DNA of 62,811 nt, filler included, from Deltaproteobacteria bacterium (GTDB lineage: Bacteria; JAEEML01), in assembly GCA_016283195.1 (NCBI GenBank). It is 3 parts of 3 records of this genome, joined end to end, with 100 filler letters (N's around TTAATTAATTAA, not from the genome) between each part and the next. Parts side by side here need not be neighbours in the genome. Positions count along the whole stretch, not along the records: positions 1 to 23,985 come from JAEEML010000014.1; 2 more parts are not named here. One strand, 5' to 3'. This document shows positions 10,129 through 20,682 of this stretch, one piece after another. The stretch's first letter is position 1. Every line of letters starts with the position of its first letter. Below the pieces are notes generated by a model. It searched no databases. It had not been told where the DNA came from and worked only from the letters and a program-made list of their open reading frames with translations. A program made the translations under genes and the position numbers.

Positions 10129-10739
10129 TCCTCGAAATAAGGCCTAGCAAATTATGGGAAATAGTGTTGGTGCGTATTTAGACTTGTATCATTTTGATAT
10201 AAGTATGTTTTTTGCACAATCTTTATATCGAAAACGAGGATATAAGCCATACTTTTTTCAAAACTTATGGGACGGCAGTGAATACAAATACTAATAAATA
10301 TTTTCACTTGGCCAATAAAATACATAATAAACATCAAAATATCAAAATAGCATTAACTCGCTTAAATTATTATTAACAACTTGATAAAACGCATTTTTTT
10401 TATACTTGACGCACTTGCTGTTTATGCTTATTATATTTTTAAATATGTTTGTATAGAACATATTTAATATATATTCAATGAGGCCATGATGGATATTGAA
10501 AAGCAACTATATAATAAGTTTGTAGAAATTCAAAATGGAAACAGTTTTATTGAATTAGAATTATTAGAAACGGAGTTAACAATATAAAAAATGAATATCT
10601 GGCTAGCAGGAAAAATTTGGTTTTTTAACGTTTAGTATTGTTAGATATAATATTTATGGAAATATTGTATGGAAAAAGAGAACTTATTCGCAATGGTTTT
10701 AAACCTGAATTCTCCATGGAAGGTAAGAAAGATTGAGGT

Positions 10740-10970
10740 TTGTCCATGACGTTAGAAAAAAGCGAATTTCAAGCGGATCTAGATCCTAGCGTATATTCAA
10801 ACCAAACAAATGGCTTTGTTTACAGATGTACCGTGAGCTGTCCTATCGGGAAAAAATGCTTTATCATAAAAACCGATGAGACTTTGCCCCAAGCAATCAG
10901 CGTATTATTAAAATGCCCTGCTACAAGGGATGAAATAAAAGTAACTATTGGCACGAGTAAGCCGCCATAA
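10740..10970 (+). CDS. Small hypothetical protein (Cys-containing)
   Basis: 76 aa with an upstream GAGG. No family recognised. Confidence 0.4.
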   Translation: MSMTLEKSEFQADLDPSVYSNQTNGFVYRCTVSCPIGKKCFIIKTDETLPQAISVLLKCPATRDEIKVTIGTSKPP

Positions 10971-11140
10971 AATGTGTCTATTTTTCCCTGGTAGTTGCTT
11001 GCAAATAAGCTGCTCTGACATGCTAAATTGCAGAACACATTAAAAATATTTTTTAACAAAATACGGAGGTTCTGCAATAATGGCTAAATATAAGGCGTGT
11101 ACAAATGAGTGGAATACTCCGTTTACGGAGGAACGCTCAA

Positions 11141-11635
11141 ATGGGTAGCGGTATAAGTAATTTGTATCAAAATGCAAGACAGGTTATGCTCTATCCTGGC
11201 AGCATTGATTATATGCCGCCAGGTGATAAATTCAGTGAAAGCATTCGTAAACGCAAAGACGTAGATGCTAACGGCTTTTATGATGTAATAGCCCATGGAA
11301 CACAAAAGACAGTACTTATTGAACATCATGGAAAACAAGTCGAAATTAGCCATCGCACGCTTGCTAGAGTGCTGGAAAATAATCCTGAAGCCTATGGAAA
11401 AAGAGGCATAAGGTTACTTTCTTGTAGTACGGGAAAAATACCTCATGGCTTTGCTCAAGGGCTGGCGGATAAGCTGGGTGTGCCTGTTATAGCCCCAAAT
11501 GACTATTTGTGGGTAGATAACAATGGCAGATATTTTGTGGCCGCAGGGCAAAGAATAGGTGGAAAGTTTGTGGCTGATATCAATAAAAGAGGAAAGTTTG
11601 TTACTTACTTTCCTCAGAAAAGGAGTAAAAAATGA
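11141..11635 (+). CDS. Putative caspase-like (His-Cys) peptidase / toxin domain protein
   Basis: ATG at 11141 follows GGAGGA. Starts MGSG. Motifs DVIAHG...IRLLSCSTG...AQGLADKLGVPVIAP. Confidence 0.55.
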   Translation: MGSGISNLYQNARQVMLYPGSIDYMPPGDKFSESIRKRKDVDANGFYDVIAHGTQKTVLIEHHGKQVEISHRTLARVLENNPEAYGKRGIRLLSCSTGKIPHGFAQGLADKLGVPVIAPNDYLWVDNNGRYFVAAGQRIGGKFVADINKRGKFVTYFPQKRSKK

Positions 11636-11979
11636 ATTGCGAAAAGTGTAACGCCGAAATGGTTGCTTTTGTCGATGGTGTAAGCTGTGGTATAAAATGT
11701 CCAAATTGTGGATATAACATTGTAACTTCATGTTTGAGGATCAAAGATATACCTGCTGAGACCTGTACTATAATGATCGGCGCTTCAGAGAAACCAGAAA
11801 TAGCAGCTCTAAGAACTATTGCCGATATATGTCATTGTAACTATGTAGAGGCCCAGAAAAAGCTAAAAAGTGGATTTGAACTAAAGAATCTAACTGTTTA
11901 TAAAGCGCAATTGATTCTTCAAAAACTGGACAAAGCAGGTATTATTTATACCGCTGTACCTGTATTTTCTGATTTGTAA
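11632..11979 (+). CDS. Zn-ribbon protein, candidate immunity/partner
   Basis: CEKC...CPNC motif. ATGA overlap with the upstream gene. Confidence 0.5.
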   Translation: MNCEKCNAEMVAFVDGVSCGIKCPNCGYNIVTSCLRIKDIPAETCTIMIGASEKPEIAALRTIADICHCNYVEAQKKLKSGFELKNLTVYKAQLILQKLDKAGIIYTAVPVFSDL

Positions 11980-12028
11980 TTTTGTAATAAACTCAGCAGA
12001 TTTAGACTGTTAACTGAAAGGAAAAGTT

Positions 12029-12703
12029 ATGACAAAAACAAAAGCAATAATAGACGATGGTTGTAATCCGGAATTGGTTGCTGGAGCTGAATTCGATTTG
12101 CCTTTGGGTATTCCTATAATAAAAGCACCAAAAGAGATTATTATACCTTCAGGAATTACACCATTTTCTAAGAGAAATAGGGCTCCAAGTCTTAAAGAAG
12201 CCATTGGTTTTAATGAGGGGGATATCAATTTCGCTGAGGTACTGAAAAAACCAGAATCGTTTATTGATGACTTCGGAAGATTTGCAGCTCTTGTTTCTCC
12301 CGATTGTTCACTTTACCGCGATGCGCCACTAAGTGTGCAGTTAACTAATATATATAGAAATAGAGCCATTGGAGTGTATTATCAGCAACATGGACAGTAC
12401 GTGATTCCACAAATCCGCTGGGGTAATGAATATACATATAACGCAATATATTTCCCGCAAAGAATAGCCTTTCTTGGAGTTGAAAAACACAGCATTGTGG
12501 CCATAGGAACATATGGGTGTTTTGACGGTAAAGAAAACAAATATTATTTTGCCGCCGGATTGGATGCAATGATGGAAACACTGGAACCAAAGACAGTGCT
12601 TGTTTATGGTTCTATGGCCGACAATGTTTTTGAGAAATACTTCAAATATGCCCAGTTTGTTCGGTATGATGATTGGACTACAAGAATGAAAAGTAAGAAG
12701 TGA
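12029..12703 (+). CDS. DUF4417 domain protein
   Basis: SPDCSLYRDAP..Q..NIYRNRAIG.Y.Q..G..VIP.IRWG, VAIGTYG and LEPKTVLVYG motifs. Confidence 0.8.
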   Translation: MTKTKAIIDDGCNPELVAGAEFDLPLGIPIIKAPKEIIIPSGITPFSKRNRAPSLKEAIGFNEGDINFAEVLKKPESFIDDFGRFAALVSPDCSLYRDAPLSVQLTNIYRNRAIGVYYQQHGQYVIPQIRWGNEYTYNAIYFPQRIAFLGVEKHSIVAIGTYGCFDGKENKYYFAAGLDAMMETLEPKTVLVYGSMADNVFEKYFKYAQFVRYDDWTTRMKSKK

Positions 12704-12709
12704 TTCTTT

Positions 12710-15286
12710 TTAGTTTTTGGCTCGCACCACCAGCTTCTCCCCCTCCATATCGGCAATGACCTTCTGGCCGCCGGAGACAGCGCCGGCGATGATGAGCTCG
12801 GAGAGCGGCTCCAAAATAGTTTCTTTTATAACTCTCTTTAGCGGGCGGGCGCCGTAGTCGGGGTCATAGCCCTCTTGTGCCAGGTAATCTTTAGCTTTTT
12901 CGCTGACTTCCAGCGTAATATCGCGCTGAGCGAGGAGCGGAGCAATATTTTTAAGCTGCACATCGACAATAGCGCGGATATCTTCGCGTTTTAGGGCATT
13001 AAAGCGCAAAATGGCGTCGATACGGTTCAAAAATTCCGGCCTAAAGGTGCTCTTTAGCGCCGCCTCCACCATTTTGGCACTTTCGGCGCTATCCATGCCG
13101 GGCTGGAGGTAATTGGAGCCCACATTGGAAGTCATAATGAGAATGGTATTGCGAAAATCCACTGTGCGCCCGTGGCCGTCGGTCAGGCGGCCGTCATCCA
13201 GCACCTGCAAAAGAATATTAAAGACATCGCTATGCGCCTTTTCAATCTCATCGAGCAAAATCACGCTATAGGGGCGGCGGCGCACCGCTTCGGTCAGCTG
13301 CCCGCCCTCATCATAGCCCACATAGCCCGGAGGCGCGCCAACCAGCCGGGAGACGGCATGCTTTTCCATATATTCGCTCATATCAATACGCACAATATTG
13401 TGCTCATCGTCAAAGAGGAACTCGGCAAGCGCCTTGGCCAGCTCGGTTTTGCCCACGCCTGTGGGGCCCAAAAAGATAAAGGAGCCGATGGGGCGATTGG
13501 GATCTTTCAGGCCGGCCCGGGAGATGCGCACTGCCTTGGCTATCTTGCTGATAGCTTCATCCTGGCCGATAACCCGCTCATGCAGGCGACTTTCCATTTT
13601 AAGCAGGCGCTCGCTTTCGCCCTCCAGCATCTTATCCACGGGAATGCCCGTCCAGCGGGCCACCACGGCGGCTACATCTTCCGGTGTCACCTCTTCGCGC
13701 AGGAAGGAGCCTTTTTCCTGGGATTTAGCGAGCTCCTGGCGCAGTTTTTCCACTTCTTTGTTCATGGCCGGGATAATACCGTATTGTAATTCGGCGGCCC
13801 GTTGCAATTCGCCGCGCCGCTGGGCCTGCTCCATCTCCACTTTGGCGCTATCTATTTTGCCGTTTATCTCCTTGATTTTAGCTACTTTTTGACGCTGTTC
13901 CTGCCAGCGGGCCTTGAGGGTGGTAAGCGTCTCTTCCTGCTCGGAAATTTCTTTAGAGAGCTCTATGAGGCGCTTTTCGGCTTCCGGGCTCTTTTCCATC
14001 TTCATGGCCTGTTGCTCGATTTGCAAGCGGGTGAGACCGCGCTGCACATCATCAATCTCCGAGGGCAGGCTCTCAATTTCCATCTTGAGGCGGCTTGCCG
14101 CTTCATCCACCAAATCGATGGCTTTATCTGGCAAAAAACGGTCGGCAATATAGCGCGAGGAGAGGCGGGCAGCGGCTACCAGAGCGCTATCTTGAATACG
14201 AATGCCGTGGTGCAGTTCATAGCGCGGCTTTAAGCCGCGCAAGATGGCCAAAGTATCGGGTACCGAGGGCTCGCCTACATATACAGGCTGAAAACGCCTT
14301 TCCAGAGCTTTATCTTTTTCCACATATTTGCGGTATTCTTCCAGCGTGGTAGCGCCAATGCAACGCAGGTTACCACGGGCCAGAGCCGGCTTTAACATAT
14401 TGGCGGCATCCTGGCTGCCCTCAGCGGCGCCGGCGCCCACCAAAGTGTGGAGTTCATCAATAAAGAGAATGATTTGGCCATCTTTGGCCGCCACCTCTTT
14501 TAATACAGCTTTGAGCCGCTCTTCAAATTCGCCGCGGAATTTTGCCCCGGCTACGAGAGCGCCCAAATCGAGGCTTAATACATCTTTATTTTTCAGGCTT
14601 TCCGGCACATCGCCGGCGGTAATTCTTTGAGCGATACCTTCAACAATAGCTGTTTTGCCCACGCCCGGGGCGCCGATTAAAACCGGGTTATTCTTGGTGC
14701 GGCGGGCCAAAACCTGCATAGCGCGGCGAATTTCCTCATCGCGGCCAACCACCGGGTCTAATTTACCCTGGTGGGCCAATTTGGTGAGATTTTGGCAATA
14801 TTTTTCAAGTGCCTTGTAATTGGCTTCGGCATCCTGGCTAGTAACGGCGCCGGCGCCGCGGATTTCGTCGATAGCCCGCTCCAGGTCGCTCTTTTTGAGG
14901 CCGCTATTTAGTAAGAGGGCTCTAGCAAGCCCCTCTTTGCACTCCAGCATGGCGAGGAGCAAAAGCTCGGTGGAGATATATTCATCATGGCGCTTTTCGG
15001 CAAGTTCTCCTGCTTTATCAAAGAGATCGCTCATTTCGCGGCCGAGGTAAATATCGCCGCCCTGAACTTTTGGGCGCTTCCCAAGCTCGCGATCCAAATC
15101 GCTCACGAGCTGCCTAGTGTTTAGACCGCATTTTTCCAGAATGGGACGGGTAAGGCCTTCGTCCTGGCTTAACATGGCGCTAAGTAGGTGCAGTGAAGTG
15201 AGTTCCTGGTGATCGGCCCGCCGCGCTACCTGCTGGGCGGCGGCCACCACATCCTGAGCTTTTACGGTAAGACGATCAAGTTTCAT
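12710..15286 (-). CDS. clpB: ATP-dependent chaperone ClpB
   Basis: 858 aa with two AAA+ modules ([16 protein letters not shown]), a coiled-coil M domain and GARPLKR. Confidence 0.97.
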   Translation of the reverse strand: MKLDRLTVKAQDVVAAAQQVARRADHQELTSLHLLSAMLSQDEGLTRPILEKCGLNTRQLVSDLDRELGKRPKVQGGDIYLGREMSDLFDKAGELAEKRHDEYISTELLLLAMLECKEGLARALLLNSGLKKSDLERAIDEIRGAGAVTSQDAEANYKALEKYCQNLTKLAHQGKLDPVVGRDEEIRRAMQVLARRTKNNPVLIGAPGVGKTAIVEGIAQRITAGDVPESLKNKDVLSLDLGALVAGAKFRGEFEERLKAVLKEVAAKDGQIILFIDELHTLVGAGAAEGSQDAANMLKPALARGNLRCIGATTLEEYRKYVEKDKALERRFQPVYVGEPSVPDTLAILRGLKPRYELHHGIRIQDSALVAAARLSSRYIADRFLPDKAIDLVDEAASRLKMEIESLPSEIDDVQRGLTRLQIEQQAMKMEKSPEAEKRLIELSKEISEQEETLTTLKARWQEQRQKVAKIKEINGKIDSAKVEMEQAQRRGELQRAAELQYGIIPAMNKEVEKLRQELAKSQEKGSFLREEVTPEDVAAVVARWTGIPVDKMLEGESERLLKMESRLHERVIGQDEAISKIAKAVRISRAGLKDPNRPIGSFIFLGPTGVGKTELAKALAEFLFDDEHNIVRIDMSEYMEKHAVSRLVGAPPGYVGYDEGGQLTEAVRRRPYSVILLDEIEKAHSDVFNILLQVLDDGRLTDGHGRTVDFRNTILIMTSNVGSNYLQPGMDSAESAKMVEAALKSTFRPEFLNRIDAILRFNALKREDIRAIVDVQLKNIAPLLAQRDITLEVSEKAKDYLAQEGYDPDYGARPLKRVIKETILEPLSELIIAGAVSGGQKVIADMEGEKLVVRAKN

Positions 15287-15320
15287 TTTATTCTCCTTGG
15301 GGTTAGTTGCCCTTCATTGG

Positions 15321-15348
15321 AAGTAGGTTCAAATCGGCTGATGTCAAG
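15321..15348 (-). promoter_or_regulatory. Possible heat-shock type promoter of clpB
   Basis: Minus-strand CTTGACA-N14-CCTACTT upstream of the AAGGAG RBS, resembling sigma32-like elements. Confidence 0.35.
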
Positions 15349-15461
15349 GGGAAAAATATGTAAACTCTTTGCTCCCTAGTACTATAACAATATTGTCTGC
15401 AAGTTCCCTGATATGCTAGTTTTGAGACCTATGGGCTGCCTATGGCCCAAAGGAGATAAGA

Positions 15462-18400
15462 ATGGCCAGGAACTTATTCAAAACTGCAAGTAAGCTATTA
15501 AATCTACCTATCTGCTTGATATTGTTATCTTTTGGCTGCTACGGTTGTAATAAGCCAATTCCCCAGGCGCCGGCTTCGCCAGCTCCCGCGCCGGAAGCAA
15601 ATATAGATAAATGTAGAAGCGCCGACCGGGTGGTTACCTGTTTAAGGGGTGTTTGTAATCCGGCCAGCGGCGAATGTGTGGAATGTCTGGCCTCCGCTGA
15701 TTGCCGGGAAGCGGAAAAGCCCATCTGTGCCGAAAGAGTTTGCTATCCCTGTAGCAACGAGCGCCCCTGTGCTGCCGGTATATGCCGGGAGGGGCGCTGC
15801 CAGGAATGTGTCACTGATGATGATTGCCACGATCGTCAAAAAGGGCTCTGTGTGGAGGGCCAGTGCGTGTCCTGCACCAGAGACAACTGCGCCGAAAGCT
15901 GCGATGAACTTAGCGGCAAATGCCGGGCGCCGGTGGCGCGGCCCTGTCCGGGCGGGCGCTGCGGGGTGCCGGGCCCCATCAGCGATATCGACCCTAATAC
16001 CATTGCTCTCGTTAATGTTTTGGATGTTTTTATTATTCATTTGCGCGATTTATATGCCAGCGAAAAGCCGCTGGAAATCGGTACTTACAGTGTTGATGCC
16101 CGGGTAAACGGCCTCTTTGCCACGGTTTCTACCGAATTTACTGTTTTTAACCCCAATAGCCGCACTTTTGAGGGCGAATTGGAATTTCCCCTGCCCGATA
16201 GCGCCGTGGTTTCCGGCTATGCCATTGATGTTGGCGGGGTGCTCACTCCGGCGCAGGTGGTGGAAAAACAAAAAGCGCGCATTGCCTTTGAAAATGAGGT
16301 GAAAAAGGGCATAGACCCCGGTTTGGTGGAGCAGGTAAAGGGCAACATGTACAGAACGCGCATTTATCCCATTACCGCCGGTGGCACGCGCCGGGTGCGA
16401 GTGGAATATATTACGCCTTTAACCATAGCTCCAAATGGTGATGCCGCTCTGGCTCTCCCCATGCCCAAAACCAAATTAAAAGAGCGCAATGTCACTATAA
16501 CGGTGGCAGCGGCCGGTGTGCCGGCGCCGGTGGTCGGCGGCCTCGGTGATCAGAGTTTTCTCTCGGCCGAAGCCGTTTGGCGGCTGGAACGGCATGATAG
16601 AGATATTACGCCGGAAGAGAATATTCTTATGGCTATGCCCCATTTGCCGGATACTATTATTAGTGCCGAATTGGAACGCGGAGATATCTTTTTTGCCGCC
16701 AGTGTCAAAGTGGCGGAAAACAGGGCCGCTAGCGAGCAAATGGCCAAAAACTGGCGCCTTATTTGGGATGCTTCCGGTAGCCGCACCGCTAAAGATATTG
16801 AAAAAGCCCGCCGCCTCTTAAATGAATTACCGGAGCGTGCGAGCTATGAGCTCCATGTTTTTAGAAATGAGCTGGAAGCTCCGCAAAAGTTTTCTACCCG
16901 GGCGGAACTTACGGCGGCTATAGATGGCCTGGCTTATGACGGCGGCACCTCTTTTGCGCCGCTTATGGCTATTGCCGCCCAAAAGTTTAATGGCCCAACT
17001 TTGTTTTTTAGCGATGGCCTGGATACCATGGAAGGGGCTGTGCCGGAATTTGGCGCCGGAGCGGTGGCTCTCATTTCCGGCGGGGCGCGTGATCTGGCGG
17101 CTATGCGGCGCATTTGCGGCGGCCGGGCTATTAACCTGGATATTGTGGAAAGCGCTGAAGCTATGCGCCAGATTTTGGCGCCGCCTTTGGTGGTGTCCGC
17201 TCTTAACGGCGCCGGTATCAGCGATGTGCAGGGTATCGGCCTTGCGGCCAGCGGCCGGGTGACGGTGCTGGGGCGTTTGCAAAATCCCGGAGTAAAGGGT
17301 GAACTAGTCTTTTCCGATGGCCGCAAAGTGGCTCTTGATTTTCCGGCTGATGGCATAGCTTCCGGCAAAACTCTGGCTACAGCTTGGGCGGCCCGGCGGG
17401 TGGAGGAACTTTCGCCCCGGGCTGATGACAATAGAGAAGAACTTTTGGCTCTGGGGCGGCGCTTCTCTTTGGTTAGCCCTGTCTCCAGCATGATTGTTTT
17501 TGAGCGCCTCTCCCAGTGGCTGGAATACGACATTGAGCCGCCGGCAGCTCTCAGCGAAATGCACGCCGAATGGTTAAAGCAGCGCCCCTCTGAAGCGCAA
17601 AAAGAGGAGGAAGAAAGACGCCGCGCCGAAAACTGGCTGAATAATCTCAAAAAAGCCTGGCAGGAACGCATAAAATGGTGGGAAAACCCCATTCCGCCCA
17701 AGAGCGAATGGAAAGAAGAAGGGGGAAATGACAGAGCCAGAGCAGCCGGCAGAGCAGCTCCAAGAGCCGCGAGAGCCAGGGAATCAGCGCCCATGGCGAT
17801 GGCTTATGAAGATGGCGCTGCTCCCATGGCCGAAGCTGAGCCGCTGGCCGCCGGTGGGTTAAACCGGAAGTCCAAAGCTGCTGGTGGTGGCAGCTCATCA
17901 TCTTCTGCACAGGCAGCCGCTGTTTCCATGACTGTGCGCGCCTGGGACCCCGATACTCCCTATTTGCGGGCCATCAAAGATGCCAAAAAGGTCTTTAAAA
18001 CGGCGGAAGCTATTTATAAGGAATATTTACATCAGCGGGCTACTTACGCAGCCAGCCCGGCCTTTTTCCTCGATTGCGCCGGCCTCTTTTTTAAAGAGCA
18101 TGAGGAACGCTTGGCGGTGCGTATTCTCTCCAACCTCTCGGAGATGAAAATAGACGATCCGGCGCTCCTTCGCGTTTATGCTTGGCGCCTTCGCGAGGCC
18201 GGAGCTCTGGAGGCGGCTATTACTGTGCTTAATAAGGTGGCTAAACTCCGCGCTGATGAGGCGGTTAGCTGGCGCGATTTAGCGCTTACTCATGCCATGC
18301 TGGCCAAAAAGAATATGAGCGCCGAAGATACAGGGAAAGCTTTGGAATATTTCCACAAAACGGCCTTTACCCCCTGGCGGAGAAATGATGCTATGTGGAC

Positions 18401-18884
18401 TGCTCTGGTGGCTCTTGAGGAATTTAATGAGCTTCTCGCCTGGAGCAATAGGCAAAAATGGGCGGGGAATGTGCCAAGTGCGCCGGCAGTGGAAGACCTT
18501 TTCCGCAAAGTGCTCGATACCGATATGCGCATTGTGATGATGTGGGATGCTGATAGCACCGATATTGATATGCACGTTAAAGAGCCCAGCGGCGAAGAGG
18601 TATATTACGGCCATAAGCGCTCCAAAACCGGTGGCCTGGTGAGTCATGATGTCACTACAGGCTACGGCCCGGAGGAGTTTTTGCACAAAACAGCCCCCAA
18701 AGGGCGCTATGATGTCTTTACTAAATATTTTGCCTCCCATCAGCAAAACCTGATTGGCCCGGCCACTATTACGCTCATGATGTACACCAATTGGGGCCGC
18801 GAAAGCCAAAAGAGCGAGATTGTGAGTCTCAGGCTGGAAAAGGCCAAGGATAAGGTTATTGTAGGATCGATGACTGTGGAATGA
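15462..18884 (+). CDS. Exported VIT + vWA-like + TPR + DUF2135/YfaP-like protein with N-terminal Cys-rich repeats
   Basis: Signal/lipobox and C-x2-C-x4-5-C repeats. VIT motifs (EGELEFPLP, DPGLVEQ), WDASGS, and WDADSTDIDMHVKEPSGE...TGYGPEEF. Confidence 0.8.
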   Translation: MARNLFKTASKLLNLPICLILLSFGCYGCNKPIPQAPASPAPAPEANIDKCRSADRVVTCLRGVCNPASGECVECLASADCREAEKPICAERVCYPCSNERPCAAGICREGRCQECVTDDDCHDRQKGLCVEGQCVSCTRDNCAESCDELSGKCRAPVARPCPGGRCGVPGPISDIDPNTIALVNVLDVFIIHLRDLYASEKPLEIGTYSVDARVNGLFATVSTEFTVFNPNSRTFEGELEFPLPDSAVVSGYAIDVGGVLTPAQVVEKQKARIAFENEVKKGIDPGLVEQVKGNMYRTRIYPITAGGTRRVRVEYITPLTIAPNGDAALALPMPKTKLKERNVTITVAAAGVPAPVVGGLGDQSFLSAEAVWRLERHDRDITPEENILMAMPHLPDTIISAELERGDIFFAASVKVAENRAASEQMAKNWRLIWDASGSRTAKDIEKARRLLNELPERASYELHVFRNELEAPQKFSTRAELTAAIDGLAYDGGTSFAPLMAIAAQKFNGPTLFFSDGLDTMEGAVPEFGAGAVALISGGARDLAAMRRICGGRAINLDIVESAEAMRQILAPPLVVSALNGAGISDVQGIGLAASGRVTVLGRLQNPGVKGELVFSDGRKVALDFPADGIASGKTLATAWAARRVEELSPRADDNREELLALGRRFSLVSPVSSMIVFERLSQWLEYDIEPPAALSEMHAEWLKQRPSEAQKEEEERRRAENWLNNLKKAWQERIKWWENPIPPKSEWKEEGGNDRARAAGRAAPRAARARESAPMAMAYEDGAAPMAEAEPLAAGGLNRKSKAAGGGSSSSSAQAAAVSMTVRAWDPDTPYLRAIKDAKKVFKTAEAIYKEYLHQRATYAASPAFFLDCAGLFFKEHEERLAVRILSNLSEMKIDDPALLRVYAWRLREAGALEAAITVLNKVAKLRADEAVSWRDLALTHAMLAKKNMSAEDTGKALEYFHKTAFTPWRRNDAMWTALVALEEFNELLAWSNRQKWAGNVPSAPAVEDLFRKVLDTDMRIVMMWDADSTDIDMHVKEPSGEEVYYGHKRSKTGGLVSHDVTTGYGPEEFLHKTAPKGRYDVFTKYFASHQQNLIGPATITLMMYTNWGRESQKSEIVSLRLEKAKDKVIVGSMTVE

Positions 18885-19094
18885 CTTCCTCTATTGGCCT
18901 GGCCGCCCCGACGCCCCGCTAGGGCTCGATTTTCCAATAGGCACTTGACTAACTCCCCGCCAATTTGCTAGAAGCTCTCCAACAATTAAACCAATAGCCA
19001 TTTTGGGGCCGGAGGAATTATGACATTACCCGAACGAAAATATCGCGATCGCTATGCGGGCCCTCACCACACAAGTAGTGGAAATTATTGACAT

Positions 19095-19207
19095 CTCGCC
19101 CTCTCCATTTTTACAAATGGCGAGGGCATCCAGAAAGCTCCCGGCCTCCTCTTCTACTACAGTAGCTATCTGCAGTGAAAATCAAATCTGAAAATTATCG
19201 TACAAGG
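19095..19207 (+). repeat. Internally deleted copy of the structured repeat (modules A and B)
   Basis: 27-nt cctctccatttttacaaatggcgaggg is identical at 19100 and 49927. 38-nt actacagtagctatctgcagtgaaaatcaaatctgaaa is identical at 19156 and 50195. Confidence 0.85.
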
Positions 19208-19208
19208 T

Positions 19209-19225
19209 CTAGTTCCTGATGCAGC
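19209..19225 (-). repeat. Short remnant of a FISUMP gene 3' end (CIRN*)
   Basis: ctagttcctgatgcagc resembles ttagttcctaacgcagc (20199) and ttagtccctaacgcagc (21220). Confidence 0.45.
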
Positions 19226-19374
19226 TTTAAGAACAGCGGCTTGTTTTATTAGATTTTGCCTTCTGGTCAAACTCATGTAATTTTTTACTCGCTATATTTA
19301 ACTGGATGTGTCATATTTATCTGGTTTCAATAGCTATGTGCCCCCAAAAAGGCATAATGAAGAAAGACATATAA

Positions 19375-20178
19375 ATGGCGAAGATTACAGTAAAAGATAC
19401 GGAAATAACAGTTGCTCGGGTAAACAACGAAGATTATTTGTGCCTTACTGATATGCTAAAAGCTAAAGACGGTGATTTTTTTATTGCCGATTGGCTTAGA
19501 AACCGCAATACTCTTGAATATATTGGTATTTGGGAGCGAGTTTATAATCCTGATTTTAATTACGGCGAATTCGCCCTAATTAAAAATCAGTCCGGCCTCA
19601 ACAGTTTTAAGATAAGTGTGAAAGAATTTGTAGACCGAACGAAAGCAATATCTTTACAGGCAAAAGCCGGGCGATATGGTGGAACCTATGCTCATAAAGA
19701 CATCGCTTTTGAATTTGCAATGTGGATAAGTCCTGAATTTAAAATCTATATTGTAAAAGAATTTCAGCGTCTAAAAGCCGAAGAACAGGCTAAACTTGGT
19801 TGGTCGGCAAAACGTGAATTAACCAAAATAAATTACAGAATTCACACCGATGCGATTAAACAAAAGCTCATTCCACCTGAGCTTACAGCGGCTCAAAAAT
19901 CTTTTGTCTATGCTAATGAGGCCGATATGCTTAATGTTGCTATGTTTGGGCAAACAGCTAAGGAGTGGCGTGAGGCTAATCCTGAGTTAAGAGGAAATAT
20001 CCGCGATTACGCCACTATTAATCAACTTATTTGTCTGAGCAACATGGAAAACTTGAATGCCGTTTTTATCGGTGATGGGCTTTCGCAAAGCGAGCGTCTT
20101 GAAAAACTAAATAAGATAGCTATTCAACAGATGAAAATATTGGAAAATATAGAGGAAAAAGAAATTTTAACTAACTAA
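19375..20178 (+). CDS. KilA-N domain DNA-binding protein
   Basis: DYLCLTDM, WLRNRNTLEY, AGRYGGTYAHKDIAFEFAMWISPEFK and KINYRIHTDAIK motifs. Confidence 0.9.
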   Translation: MAKITVKDTEITVARVNNEDYLCLTDMLKAKDGDFFIADWLRNRNTLEYIGIWERVYNPDFNYGEFALIKNQSGLNSFKISVKEFVDRTKAISLQAKAGRYGGTYAHKDIAFEFAMWISPEFKIYIVKEFQRLKAEEQAKLGWSAKRELTKINYRIHTDAIKQKLIPPELTAAQKSFVYANEADMLNVAMFGQTAKEWREANPELRGNIRDYATINQLICLSNMENLNAVFIGDGLSQSERLEKLNKIAIQQMKILENIEEKEILTN

Positions 20179-20198
20179 AAATGGTACTATGAGGGCGG

Positions 20199-20250
20199 TT
20201 AGTTCCTAACGCAGCGCACCGAGAAGGTGTACATTTTATCGCTGCTTACT
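20199..20250 (-). pseudogene. Displaced FISUMP gene 3' end (..SSDKMYTFSVRCVRN*)
   Basis: 20199-20227 matches 21220-21248 at 27 of 29 nt. Confidence 0.75.
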
Positions 20251-20261
20251 CTGCGGCATGG

Positions 20262-20370
20262 GCTACTCTCCTTTCCGCCGCACGACTCGGGGACACCCCG
20301 AGACCCAGCGCTCCCGGGGCTCAGCAGCCAAAGGTTGCCACGGTCCCCAGCTAAAACTAAGTGTGGGGCT
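20262..20370 (-). repeat. Structured repeat copy (module C), reverse orientation
   Basis: Reverse complement reads ...ggggaccgtggca...tcggggtgtccccgagtcgtgcggcggaaagg, matching 157-187 and parts of 50050-50176. Confidence 0.7.
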
Positions 20371-20472
20371 GCTCAGTTGCTCTTAAACTCGGCTGGCTCG
20401 TAATAGTTCTTGGGGAGAGTCATTGGCAAAACATGGCCAGATGTGCTATAAATATCGCTTGGAGGTGGAAAG

Positions 20473-20682
20473 ATGCTTTCAGTTTCGGCTTATTATGAAA
20501 ATGGAGTTTTTGTCCCTCTGGAAGCGCTGGAACTTAAAGAGCGGCAACCGGTAATAGTTACTGTGCTGGATAAAAGTAATTTGGAAAAAGCGCGGCGAGT
20601 AAAGGTTCTTGAGGCGCTTAGTGGCATAATTCCGGCGACTATCACCGATGAAGAGGTCAAAGAATGTAGGACTTCCAAATGA
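20473..20682 (+). CDS. Antitoxin, DUF104/AF2212-like
   Basis: SAYYENGVFVPLE.L.LKE.Q.V.VTV motif. ATGA overlap with the PIN gene. Confidence 0.8.
   Translation: MLSVSAYYENGVFVPLEALELKERQPVIVTVLDKSNLEKARRVKVLEALSGIIPATITDEEVKECRTSK

Larger units (their letters stand above)
9600..12892. mobile_element. AT-rich genomic islet inserted in the clpB 3' end (no integrase seen)
   Basis: Marked AT-richness between two copies of the clpB tail. Contains an IS4 remnant and phage/ICE-type genes. Confidence 0.65.
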
